Shown one piece after another: positions 1 to 13,200 of a DNA stretch of 64,000 nt. This DNA is from Pavona decussata (taxonomy: Eukaryota): positions 3,162,001-3,226,000 of the forward strand of contig CDRNST010000214.1 in the NCBI GenBank assembly GCA_977016875.1, read 5' to 3'. Below the pieces are notes generated by a model that had not been told where the DNA came from, searched no databases, and saw only the letters and a list, made by a program, of their open reading frames with translations. How positions within the stretch are numbered: position 1 is the stretch's first letter; the number at the start of each line of letters is the position of its first letter. Position numbers and translations under genes: made by a program.

Positions 1-3000
1 GACTCTACTAACTTCAAATTAAACAAGGAGAACAAGATGCTCTCTTGCTTTCAGTCTGTGTGTTATGAATTGAGTATTGTTACAAACAACAACAAGGTTT
101 TTATTTTACAACTTAAGAAATAGGCGGCAAAAAGAGACTCCGACATACCAACCCTTCTTCCGTCTTTGCCATCGTGATCAGATCATAATTTGTTTATTTT
201 CAGTTTAAGCTTATTTGTTGTTTGGCCAGGTCGAATTTTAGAGGAGTTTCCAATTAACCCATTAGATACCTATCTGTATTCAGGTCCAATTCACACAGAC
301 GTGTTTTCAAACCTTTTGGTTTTCACAAGTTTTTGTTTTCAAACGATTCCACTTTGAGAGACCGTTTCCAAAAGATTGCCTTGAGAGACCGTTGTGTTTT
401 CGAAGCGTATTTGTGTCTATAGTAACATAACAGGGAAGAAAGTTCGTGTTTTCAAACGGAAGCTCAGTTTATTTTCACACTTCCTGGTGCGGGAAAGTCC
501 GCTTGGCGTGCGTCAGCGTTGAACCCGGAAAAATAATTAGCTACAATTAATCGCATCACGAGTCAGATGACGCCCCGTCCCAATCTTTTAAGCTGATTTT
601 CAAGCCTCGTTAAATTTTCACTAGCCTACGAAAGCATATGAAACAGCTAAAAAGGCACGGGATACCGTCGAGGGATACATCAGTTGACGACTATACAAGC
701 CAAATAAATTTTAATCACATTTTGTTGGGTACGCTTGTTACGGGAAGTTTTCCTGGCGATCTGATTTCACCACTTCGCGACAGTCTGAAATTTTCGCGGG
801 TTTGAAGAATTTGTTGACATTATTCTAATAAATTCAAAACAACTGAAAAAGTGAACTCATTTCTCTCTCTCCCTCTTTTTCCTGTGACATCGAATTTTTG
901 CGCTTCTAACAAAATCATGAAAAGCGCGAGGATTTCCTGTAAAGGCCAACTAACATACGGACGACATTTGGGTACAACTCCAGTGTTGCACAACAAAAAG
1001 TATCACCTCCTCCGCCCGCAACAAACTTTCAAGCTGCAAAAAGTAGACGTCGTTTCTACTTTTTGCAACGTAAAAGTTTGCTGTGCGCGCATTTGCCGAT
1101 GATATAATGCGGGCAACAAACGGCTGCACCCTCCGAAGTAACTTTGTTCCGCGTCAAGTTGTAAGAAAATGTTTTGCCACGTATCTTTGATTTTTGGGGA
1201 GAAAAACTTCACTTTGACGCCATGTTTAACAATTAATAGATGAAATCAGTTTTATATTGATTGTTTTAAATCAAAAAAATGTTCGGTGTTGTTGTTTGAG
1301 CAGTTTTCGGTATAGCTTACCGATCATTCAGTAAAATGCTTAACGTATAATATAACAGGTTTTAGCAACTTTAAACTAAAGAAAACTGTGCTAATAATAT
1401 TGTCTCCCTTCTTGTATTTGTAGTACAGCCTGTATGGAAAGGCTGGACATCGGTACCTGCGGCATTTTTACCTGGGTGCGAAGTGATTAAATCTGTTAAA
1501 GTACAAAGTTTAGAGATTATTTATGTAATAACAACTGTATCCATTCTTGGATGACGGCAAAAATTAAGCTTTTTTGATGTGTTTTAAGGAGTTTTAAGGA
1601 TAATTTTACCCCAATTTAGTTTCTGTAGAACGAAGATTTCGAAACCACTGGTTTCCAACGACTTCTGTCAGAGAGTATACCATGCACTGATCAAATACGG
1701 TAACTACGCGTTTTCTTGAGATGGGAACTGCTGTACAATAATGTACCGTACCTCTATCGCCGGTACAGTGACGCTGTAAAGTGAAATTTATACGCGGCCC
1801 AGTCTTTGACTACTGGCGGCTAAATTGTCGGCCTGTTTGACGGAGTTGAACCCCTTACGGAAAATCTTCTCCTGCTCTGGAACTCAAATTAGTTAAACGA
1901 CGACTCAGTTTATTCCATACTGATGGTACATTACTCAACACTGATTTAATATCGCGAAACAATCAGTTTGAGAGTCGACTAAAGTTTATAAAGATTTGTT
2001 GACGCCCCGATTAATTTCTTCAGGATGTTTTCTTCTGCATGAGCCTGTTGAACGTTCACTTATTCAGGGCCGGTTCAGAAAGACATTATCCGCCGCACTA
2101 GAGAAAATAGGATTAAATTGTGAAGAAACACAAGCGCCTTCTTTAGCGAAAGATCACCTCAAACTTTCGCAGCATTGAAAAACGAATCCCTTTTGTTAGT
2201 TTTCGGAGGGGCAAATATATGTCGTTGAAAGCCAGCCGAAAAAAGGCGGGCAGCTGACATTTTCGGAAAGACAACAACACAAGGTCATATCACTATGTGG
2301 GAATACAGGAAGTGAAATACATTTGCTTTGCTTTGATGTTGTCAATGACACGTGTGTGACCCAAATTTACTTAATGGTATAATCATAACACCTGAGTTTA
2401 TCCTGTTCAACAACATCTGTAAAATGTGCTGAATGACCTTTTGCAACATTATCATAGCATGATACAATGTATAGTAACATTTGTTGCACTGGAAACAGTC
2501 GCAACTATTTTGATCAATACACGCTGATCACGATTAAAGCAATTCTAAATTCAATCACGATCTGATGTAAAACAGTTAACACTGATAGTTTGTTCAAGGG
2601 GCGCCGCCCCTTTGGCAACGTACAATTAAGGCGAACGTGAATGTATCTTACAAACAAATTTTAGATTAAGTCACTTAGTGTTTTGAATTGTCATGTTTTA
2701 ATGGTAACAGTTTTTCGTTTGGTTGGTCTGTTTAATCGTTCCCTACAGAAATCTCAGCCGTAAAGTCAGACTTACTTCAATCTTTCAGCAAGAACAAAAA
2801 CTCATTTTCTCAAAGCAAACATTTCGCTCTCTGTGATTCCTTGTACGGTCACCTTTGGCTAAATCAGTTGATGTCGTTTTACTGAGCAAAAAGCAAAGAA
2901 ATCCAATTTATTGATGACTTGTTCACTCAGACAAAAAGCCAGAAAAAAATTCTTGAAAGAAAACATGCCAAAAAAATGGCTGAATCAGCAGAAAAGTGCT

Positions 3001-4363
3001 GGAAATAGATCTTATTAAATACAAAAAGGATTTTCATTTCTGCCTCTGATCTTTTATGGAAATAAAACTGACCCTTGTAGAACAAATTATAGGAGATGAG
3101 GTTTTTGACATAACTAATGGAAGTAATAATCGTCTGAAATACATTTTTCCCAACAGGAATTCTTCAACTCATGATTCCAGGAAAAAGTTTCATGAGCTGC
3201 GAGTTCCTGTTTCGCCGAAGAAGTGTTTTATTATTTTTTTACGGAGAACAACAGAAAAATAAAGAACGAATTAGGAAAACGAAGAAGATAAAACATTCTG
3301 CAGATATTTTTGTTTTGTTTTTGTGAATGTTGGTTGGCAATCTTTCTTCAGTGAGTATCTAAGCGTAAGCAATCATCGGATATGACGAAAAAACTGAAAA
3401 GTATAACGTTCGAGCCGTCCCCGTGATCGATAACATACACTGAAATTACTGAAGTCTCTTCTAGAAAGTTCTAAAGACCTTCATTTGTTGATACTGGTTC
3501 AAACAACCTCTCTCAGTGTAATTCAACTAAAAGCAAATGAGCAGAAAGACTTAAGAAAAAGTAGAGGATAATGGAAAACTTTGATAAGTGCTATTGGCGT
3601 TTTAAACAACTCAACTTTTCGAAATTTTTCGGACAGAACAAACCGTCCGAAAATTAGGTTGTCCAACATTTTATCCATGCAGAGTACTTTTTTTTCAGTT
3701 TTTTTAATCAACCATTAAACATCACATCAAAGTATAGAGAACTATTATTGTTGTCCAAAAGAATATAACTGCTATTTTCTCTTATGCCACCTCAAAACTC
3801 TACTGAAAACAGCTTTGTTGTTAGAATAGCTAATGAACTGTTCATTCGATTCGGTTTGTCAGTTAGCATACTGCATCAGTGAATGAGATGCCCGAACTTC
3901 AGTTAATTTTTTTTCTTTGTTGTAATGCTGTAATGCTGTATGCAAGCAAAATTCTTAATTGTCAGTGGATGAAATGAAATTTTAACGATCCAACTTATCG
4001 TTCATTTACTAGAAGTCTACTTTTTTTTTTTTTTACTATTTTTACCATTTTTTACTCTACTATTTTTAACCAGAGAACGTTTTTAAAAATTTTTAATCAT
4101 TATGAATCCTGGTTACGGCTCTTCAATTTTTTTTAGAACTCTACTGTGTGGCTATCACCCCGAGAAGAACTTCAGTGATCAAGAGAATCGCTTAAAATAA
4201 TAAGAACAGCAAGTCCGAACCGGTATGCCAAAAACGTAATTTTTTTTTCGAATTCAAAGAATTGAGGAATATCAACCGCACGCGCTGCACCATCCGTTAC
4301 TGTCAACCGCGCGAGCAATATGGACGATATTCAACACAGAGTTGAACTGGAAGCTAGGATATT

Positions 4364-4818
4364 AGGGCCTGTTTGCATGAGTGATCTCGTCCCGGGAGGA
4401 GTTTTATGCCCAGATTAGTTTCATCTCGATGTCTGGTTATTTGTTTTTAACATGATGTTTATATATGATACCGATGTGGAACGTGTTCGTCCTCGGATAA
4501 TAGTGATTTTAACCTGTGTTCAGCACGGATCGTAAAAAGGATTACGATACCTTTCTGCGTCCCGGGATGAACATTCGACGAAAACATTGTGATATTATCA
4601 ATGCAATGACTATATACAGCAGGAAACAACACTTTACACCAAAAGACCACCGACCAAACAGTATTTAACAGTATCCTTTAATTTCGACGAATTTAATCTC
4701 GGGCGAGATGAAGTTCGTCTCGGTGAAACCACTCATGTTATATGTCAACAAACATGTATTTTCAGGGACTCAGCTCATACCACTATATACGAAACTCATT
4801 CCGTGTAAACTCAGCCTT
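4364..4818. mobile_element. Degenerate PIF/Harbinger-type MITE
   Basis: Imperfect TIRs gggcctgtttgcatg / cgtgtaaactcagcct. Confidence 0.45.
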
Positions 4819-7270
4819 AGATACAGTCTATCTACTCGGTTATAAAGGGGTACCCAGGCGTCCTGAAGGATTGAACAGGCGATAAATTCAATTTCGCCAG
4901 AAAGGCCGATTTAAACAATGAACTTCCTCAAAACTGAGTCCGTCTTTCAAAGTACTCAAAATAATATTATTTCCTAGCACTCAATTATTAGAAAAGTATC
5001 GATGATGATTATCGCGAACTGTGTGCCACCGAACCGAACCGTCCACACATAATCCAACAAACTTTTATCAGGGGTAACTCAGTGTTAAATTTTTATGCGA
5101 CCCGGAGTGTCAATGCATTGTTTTTCGTTACCTGAAAAGGGCGCCTTGAAAACGATAGAAAGGGCAGAAGTTTGAGGGAGTTGTCTTAAATAGCGATAAT
5201 AAAGTTCCGTAAATTCAGGAATCTTTCACGCAGACGTCTATACTGGAACACGGGGGAAACCTCTATTAAAAATGTTTAATCTTAACGAAACTATATCTTC
5301 CCTATTTTAAAAAGACAAGAGTTAAACTTGGCTTTTAACGTAATTTAAAGGTGCTCTTTCCAGAACTATCAACTGTCATAACTTTACCAGGCTTACATCA
5401 AAATTTTAGATTAGTGTGATAACGAAGAATGCCCTCGATTGCCGCAATTTTCAACCATCAAGTGTAGGGTATATTACCAGCCTACTCCCTACTCAGTTGG
5501 TGTTTTGTTATGCTAGCGTTCAAATATTACAATAGAGCACCTTTAATGAACATTACGTACAAGGCCCTGCCAAGTCAATGCATACCTTTTCATCGCCTGA
5601 AGTGTAGGAACATTGTCAGTCACCCGTCTCAACCAGTTGTCTTACGCCATTTTGTTTCCAATCTATGCCAGTGAATCAGTTCGCGGTTTTCATTTTCGCG
5701 ATGCGCTACAATGGCCGTTAAAAATAGCGAAATTAAATTCGCGCGGAAAGTGAAGGTATTATGGTACATGTTTTGTGATTAAAAAGTCCCGGCGTTTATA
5801 TATAAAGGCCAGCTACATGGGAGGGTTACTGCAGAACCCGGCGGCGAGTATGACGGCCATGTACCGCTTTTTTTGCCGTTACCGTTTTGTATTCCGTTTG
5901 GAAAAGCAAAATTAAACTAAAAAACGACTCTTAGTGACAACATTAACATTGGAATATTTTGAAATATCATTGCTCGTTCGTCTCTTGACAAAGAACTTTT
6001 ATAAATCAGTGCTTTGCAAACTCCAGTCAGAAAGAAAATGCGGGTGAGAGTCGGCAGAAAAAGGGGAGCCTGATTTTCTGACAAATTTGACGTTGTACTA
6101 TTAGTGAAGTCAACGAAAATGCAAAACAACTTATTTTAATGCTCACAATTGGGAAATCTTTTGCGGCCTTTGCAACAATTTTGTGTTTAAAAAGATCTAA
6201 AAAGGCGGTTACAGAACAAAGTAAATTGAATTGCATGCGGTGGGGGTAGAAAAATTGCCGGTTATTCACCGCCCGGCAGATAATCAAGAAAGCGTGATGT
6301 GTGTTTTCTGTTTTCTATCTTTGATTCTGTTCTCTCTCTTTTTTTTTGTTCTTTCTATTTTTCTATTCAAATTGCAAAACGGAACTTTTTTTCTCACCGT
6401 TTGCCCTTCCGTTTACACGTAAACAGTTAGCAAAAAAAGATCATTGAAACGCACCGTAAACGGAGATGTGGTGGAGCACGATTATGTAAGCGAGCTTGTG
6501 AAAACTTTTCATTTTACCTTCTCACGTACGATAACTGAATCTCCGTTTCAAAAATATCCAGTTTTTTGCAGTGGTTTTTGAAAAACTCCGTTTAAGGTAC
6601 GTTTTTGACCATTTTCAATTTGCTACGTGTGGAGTGAAATTTTAGGAAGCACGTTGCCCGAAGAAGAAAACAATAAAACTCTACTAGCACTCACATAGAA
6701 TATCTTGAAAAACTATGTGAAAGTGTTATGAAAAAATAGCGTTTAAAACCATGGTTACTATTTGAAAATGCCCTTAATCCACCTCTTCATGATCCATGCG
6801 ATAATCTCCCAGTTTTACCGTTTTAGACGTCATCAAATTTTTTGGCGCGGAATAAACGCGGTTAGCATGGTGTGACAGAAATAAACTTGTGGAAGTTGAA
6901 TATTGCTTCTTGGTTATAAATAGAACCGAAAAAGTAAAATTCGAACTATTTTGGTAACACCATGGGTCGTTTTTCCTATAAAACAACGTGCGCCGGGAAA
7001 CAAGTGCTTTTATCTTTCAACTGAACGGACTCGATCAGTTGCGCGCAAGAAGTTGCGTGACTTGTCGCTTTTGAATCCTGACGTATCGAATTGCAGAGTA
7101 GCCATTGACCCGTTGACGTTTTCAGTTCAACGAACCTGAAACTGTCTGTGATCCGATTGCAATGACGCGCATTTTCCTTTCATGAATAAATGAGATAGGC
7201 TCTGGTGGATTCCATCTGATAAAACCGTTCACCGTTTCACAGCAAGACTTCGGGGAGCGTTATAACAGCC

Positions 7271-10200
7271 ATGGCAGTCGAGAAAGGACAAAAAGGTAAG
7301 CTAAAATGTTTTATTGACCTTTTATTTTTTAACCCAGCAACACTGATGAGTGTCATATGCCGTGCTTCGTTCATCGTTTACATAAAACTTATTCATGCAT
7401 CGAAATTCGAATTGACGAAGTCACGTTACATGTGTATGACTTCTTTCAGTATTATTCAACTATAAACCAATGAGTAATTTCGCACTTTGTTATGTAAATA
7501 AAATAAGAGCATTATACTTCGGTCAACTCCTTCAGAGGTTTATTCCCTCGGAAGTCACATGCAAAACAATTAAATCGGGGTTAAGGTGTGACCAACTAGA
7601 CAAATAAATTCGTTCTCGATGTTATGACCAAATATAGATTTGCCCTTGGGTATATAAAAGGGGCTGATTTTCGTGAAGGACGCAAAATGCTATAAAGCAG
7701 ATCGCGGCTGTTTCGTTTCTGAAGAGAGGCTTTGTCTCGGCAAGGCAAAGAAAGCGAAATACAAATTGCTGACAAGAAAGCTTGGAAGGAAATGATGGAT
7801 TTCCTTCTACATCTCCTGACAGGAACACATTCCCATATAGGAAACGGTAAAAATTATCTCCATTTTGTTTGAAGTGATTTACATTTTCTCAATGATTTTG
7901 TCTGTAAAATTATCGAGAGTTAATGATTACTTTTATTTCTGGAATATCAAAAAATCGCACGTGCCGTAAGTTGCCACGCTGTAAACAATGTTGACCAATC
8001 AGGGCTTAGAATTCTGACCGTGGAGTCAGACTTTTTTGACACGAAAAAGGAAATATAACAGGCTTTTCGAGACATCTGGCTCTCAGCTTATTTTAACGTC
8101 CGTGCAGTTCTTTCCTCTGTTTCCTTACTTTTTTGGAGCAGCAAAAAATGTATTTTAGATTTTACACTTTGCACAGCTCCCGTCTTTGTTGACATTTCGA
8201 ACTCAACTCCGATAATTTTGTCTCTGACGTCACTTGACATCCGGGTACTTTTGTCATGCCGTGCCCCTCAGAGGGGTTTTGTATGAGGAAACTCGAGAAA
8301 TAGTGGAAGACACTCGAATTAATTCGAGTTTTATACAAAAACTTGCTTCTTCAACATGTCTTGGAATATTCAGAGACCTGAAGCCGTCCGAGGAATGGCA
8401 GCCTCGGAGCATCAACCGAGTATGAGCCACGAGCAACTCGTGAGCAATAGAGATGGTGAGACATATTGCTACAGCCTAGCTAGGAGTTATTATTTTGGTT
8501 TTCGGCGACCTTTCCTTTGTCTACGAGTTAGTTAGAGGAATTGAAGGAAATTTCTGATGATTTATCCTTATGGTTTCGTCTTCATTTCGCTGTTTGAAGT
8601 ACTGAATGCGTAAAAATTTCGTTGCAGCTTTGGAGAGAAAGCTCTCCCAACGAGGACCTAGAAAAGAACTCGTGAGCAGAGGAATTATGCCAGGTTTGTT
8701 CGGTCGCTTGTCATCTATCCTTTTTTGAGGACTATTATAAATATCTTTGTTTATTTGTCGTTTTAGCGGTCAGTGCAGCACCAGCAATTCTTTCTCAGAG
8801 GACGAAACTCGAAAGAGCACAGGTAAGTTCTTACGTACGTGGTGCATGTTGAACATTTTGTACTTTGTGTTGGAACTACTGCAGACTATTGGCGCGAAAT
8901 CAATTGTCTGTCGCCATTTATTCTGGATGTTTTGGTTTTCAGACTGGTGATTATCTACAAAAGAAAATACGAGCGAGACCAACTCGTTGTCAACTTGTTC
9001 AAAGGGCTATTTTAAAAGGTAAATTTTAAATAAGCTTATGTGAAAGTTAATACATTTCATTGTCCGACTTGTCAAACCCCCCCAGCTGTAGGATGAGCAT
9101 TGTGGCATGATGCGGCAATTTCAATATGTTATGACTGCAGTTTTATACAGAAGATAAATCTGACTTTCAGTCGATTTTAATCAAGTGAAATTTCGATTCA
9201 TGATTATGAAATTTACCTTAGTCTCTTCGACTTGTCAGCAATATTAAACGTTCGGATTGTTTTGAACAAATATTTGTTTTTGTATCGGGATTCTTCCATT
9301 TATTTTTCCTCCAAATGAATGTGCCCAGTCATTGAACAGGATCTAAAATGATTTCTTCGATGTGTATAAACTGTGTCAATCAAGTGCTGTCTTTTGTGTA
9401 GTGCGAAATTTGATTTTGTGTCTCGGTTTTAAATTTCGATCAAATGCAAGTGTTGGTTGCAAGTTTCACTTTCCGTGATATCATCATTAACGATTGAATG
9501 AAAACATCATGATCACGGCCCTTCATGATTCCTTTTCTTACATCTGTTCACTCTAGTTTCTCTGAAAAAAAATTGAATTCAGACACGACTTTGTTGTTTT
9601 TGTACTTTTAGCTTCTATTTTTTTTTGTGGACGTGCTTCGTAGTCGGTATTGGTCATCAACACCGTATCCATTTCATGCAATGGAATTTTGACTTTATGT
9701 CGAAAATTTTAATTCAAAACAACATCTTTAAGCTACAGCAACAAATACCTCAGATGCAGCCTGCGTAGTTAGGTGTGACCAGAATTTTGTGCAATTCTCA
9801 ATATGATATTTAATCAATGTTATCCCCAGTTAATTCCAGAGAATTTAATATTTGATTAATTGATCTGACCACAATTAAGAGCGTGGGATGTCTGTCTCTT
9901 GCATGGATTCATCTTTCGACTGCAAACAGTGTACATATGGCTAATTTGGTTGATTTGTGGAATCTTAAGACGGCCATTGTAAATATCCATTTGTTCGACA
10001 AAACAAAGCGAAAACATTTATCGTTATCTGTTGATTTTGCTGTTAATGACAGCTTCAACTTTTAATGCATATCATGTCTGGTGACATTGATATCAGGTGT
10101 GTTCTTTAGACTTGTTATCACTGGTATTTTTTATTTTCATGATTGTTCGGTGGATACAGGTTCAATTCATCCGGTGACTTTTTGATTGGTGGAACATTTG

Positions 10201-13200
10201 GTTAATGAAAAACACCACCGTTCCTGGCAATTTTTGTTGACAAATAAATCAATACAACTTATTTGTCAAAAGATCAAACATTCATGAGATTATGTAACTA
10301 ACATCTAATGGACCACCTTGTTTTAAACACAGAATATTATTAGATTGAAGCAGAGCTCAAGTTCTAACTCAGTGTAAGAACTATTGCACATGAGAATTAT
10401 GTATTATTTAGTGAGTGACAACCAGGCATACTAGGAACAAAGGAAATCTGAGTGCTTCTATCAGGAGTCGAACCTAAGACCTTCTGATTACTAGTTTGGA
10501 TGCTCTACCACCAAGTGAAAAGAGACTTGTGGGAGCTAAGGCCATTAAACTAGGTTCATGGGACAAAAGTCCTGCATACTTCTAGGATTTGAATGTCAAT
10601 GTGTGGCATATGCACAATGGAATTGTGTATACGTTCTACACATCTTGGGATGGGAAAGAAACATGGATTTCTTGCAGTAAGGACGGTGCCAACTATAAAA
10701 ACTAAGATTATTTTTTGCACAGTTTTTGACTATGTTCGAAAAGCAGATGTAAGTGCGCAAAAATACCTCTATTAGGAGGCATTGTCACTCAGGCAGAGCT
10801 GTACAGACACTGTAGCAACAAGACCAAATGCTAGGATGAGTAGTTGCAAATCCGTCTTAGTTTTTTGATTAGGAACTTTTAACTTACTGCCCAGGGGCCA
10901 GTCATTCCCAGTACAAGAAATAATTCGGGGCATATCTAATCAATCTGTTTGATACTCAGTAAAAATCAGTTTTAATCAATATATTCACTTATCAAGTAAT
11001 ATTAGAAATCAATAAAAATCGATTGATCGACTTCTAGTGATTATCAGTTTTGATCAGTTTTTGTAATAATTATTATAGGGTTTGGCTGATCCTCATCAGT
11101 ATGAATCTCAATCAATTTGCTGAACAAATTTGACACTGTCAATACTTTAGACATCATTTCTAGGATTCTTGCCCATAAGTACAACTAGTACAGTTTCCTT
11201 TGTAAATTAATAGTTTTGTACATCGCTGTCTTGAGCCTGAACTTGTCAGGTTTTCTAGTCATCTGTGGTACTTGATAACTCATGTGACTTGGAAATTATA
11301 AGAATCTGCCCTGTGTGTAGAGGTTACCCGTTAATCGTGGAGGAAAAAGTAGGAAATAGCAAGCATTGCAGACTGCACTTATGTGGCCTTCACACATTCT
11401 CAGCTTGCAAGTGGCAAAGCATTTCATTTCTTTCCAGAACTAATTCTGAGTGCTCCTATCAGGAGTCGAACCTAAGACCTTCCGATTACTAGTTTGGATG
11501 CTCTACCACTGAGCTACAGGAGACTCGTGGGAGCTAAGGCCATTAAACTAGGTTCATGGGACAAACATCCTGCATACTGCTAGGATTGGAATGTCAATTT
11601 GTGGCATATACGCATTGGAAACAATGGATGGAATACGTTAAGCCTGGCGAATAAATGAGAATGATGTATCAATCAGTAAATGACACAGGCATACAGTCTC
11701 GGAAACGAAAATAGGATAGGAGCACTCAGATTTTTTTTCTGAGTATGCCTGTGTCATTTACTGATTAATACATCATTCTCAAAATTGATTTTGTGATTAT
11801 CAATTTTTATGAATTAAGTTCACTAATCAATCTTCAAATATTGAGTTGATAAGGGGGTTTGTTTATAAAGAAACTGTGGTGTTGTGTTGGTGGGGAGTGG
11901 AAATAAATGGTTGGCTTTATCAATAGAGTTTAAAAAGGTAATTTGGCCATGGTAAAGATATTCAAGTGCTGACGTTTCATGCTTTAGCCTTTCGTCAGAG
12001 CGAATCCAGAGAGTCAGAGAGGGGCTGTTGCTCAAATTGTCAGCACTCGAATCTCTTTATGGTGGCCAAATTACCTTTAGTTATCAACTCTGTTGATAAA
12101 ACCACGGAAACATACAAATATCTAGTATTATCAAGTGTTGTGTAATGTTTAAAACGCGACCAACAGTGTTTTATCTGGATTTAAAACCACGAGGCACAGC
12201 CAAGTACTTTTAGACCTGATAAAACGTGTGCTGCGAATTTTTTGGAGGGCTTCAAAAACATTCCTGGAAAAGCGCGTGTTAATAAAGTTCATAACAATGA
12301 TGCTTTTGTGAACATTGGAATTTAGCATACGAGAAAAACATTAAACACCGCATACTAATAAGGAGGAGGTTTAATCGGGTTTTAAAACCACTGCATGCGA
12401 TGTTTTATCAACCATTCGATAGGTCAATGGGCCTATTATTATTAATGAGTTTTTGAAGAATAATATTAATCAAGTAGCTTTCAAATGATCAATTTCTATT
12501 GATTAGATATGCCCTTTAACAGCTATATTTTGCTTTTCATAGAAACGCCTGGTGCTGTGGATCCATCGCTGATTGACAAACAGATGAGACTGAAAAGAAA
12601 AAAACTAGAAGATAACCTCAATGACAAATTGTCGTTTAGACCTGGGCCACTTGAACTTGTAAAGCAGAATATTTTGGAAGCTGGCACTGAAATGAGCCAT
12701 GCAGTACAAGAGGGAGCTGTACCTTTTACAGACACCACAGCAGATTATCTAGATTCCTTTTCGCCAGAAAGCATTGACTCACCAGAGCCTTCTCCTGAGC
12801 CAAGTCAAATTGGATCACCTCCAAGTGTTGCATCCTCACCAGGATCAACATGCATAACATCCACAGTGCAGGCTCTTGCATCACTGCAGGCGCAAACTCG
12901 CAAGCATTCTCAGGAACAGCAGGAGCAGCAACAGCAACAGCACCAGCTGTTTTTACAACAACAGAATGGCCAACAGCAACCTCTTCCTTCACAGTTGCCG
13001 GTTTCATCCGTTGGAACGAGAAAAGAGGCCAGGTCTCGTAAGAAGACAGCTAAACCAAAGGTTAAGAAGTACAAGTATCATGAGTATAGGCCACCCAACG
13101 GCCAGGTGCAGAAGTCTGAGTTACCATCTGATTCACCTTATGGGCTGCTACTACAGCAGCAACAACTTTACCTTCAGCTGCAGGTGTTGTTCCAGAACTA

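Noticed and set aside
1434-1452. A third MRTF first exon (MERLDI, G|gtacct)
   Set aside because: Phase-compatible, but the donor is weak and nothing else supports it.
851-7139. Short ORFs in the upstream 7 kb and other 60-150 aa ORFs in the track
   Set aside because: No recognisable domains; most are non-ATG, low-complexity, antisense or alternative-frame shadows of real exons, or lie in repeats.
12509-12542. ORF-track start MPFNSYILLFI for MRTF
   Set aside because: Intronic read-through; the acceptor ends at 12542 and RPEL1/RPEL2 lie in upstream exons.
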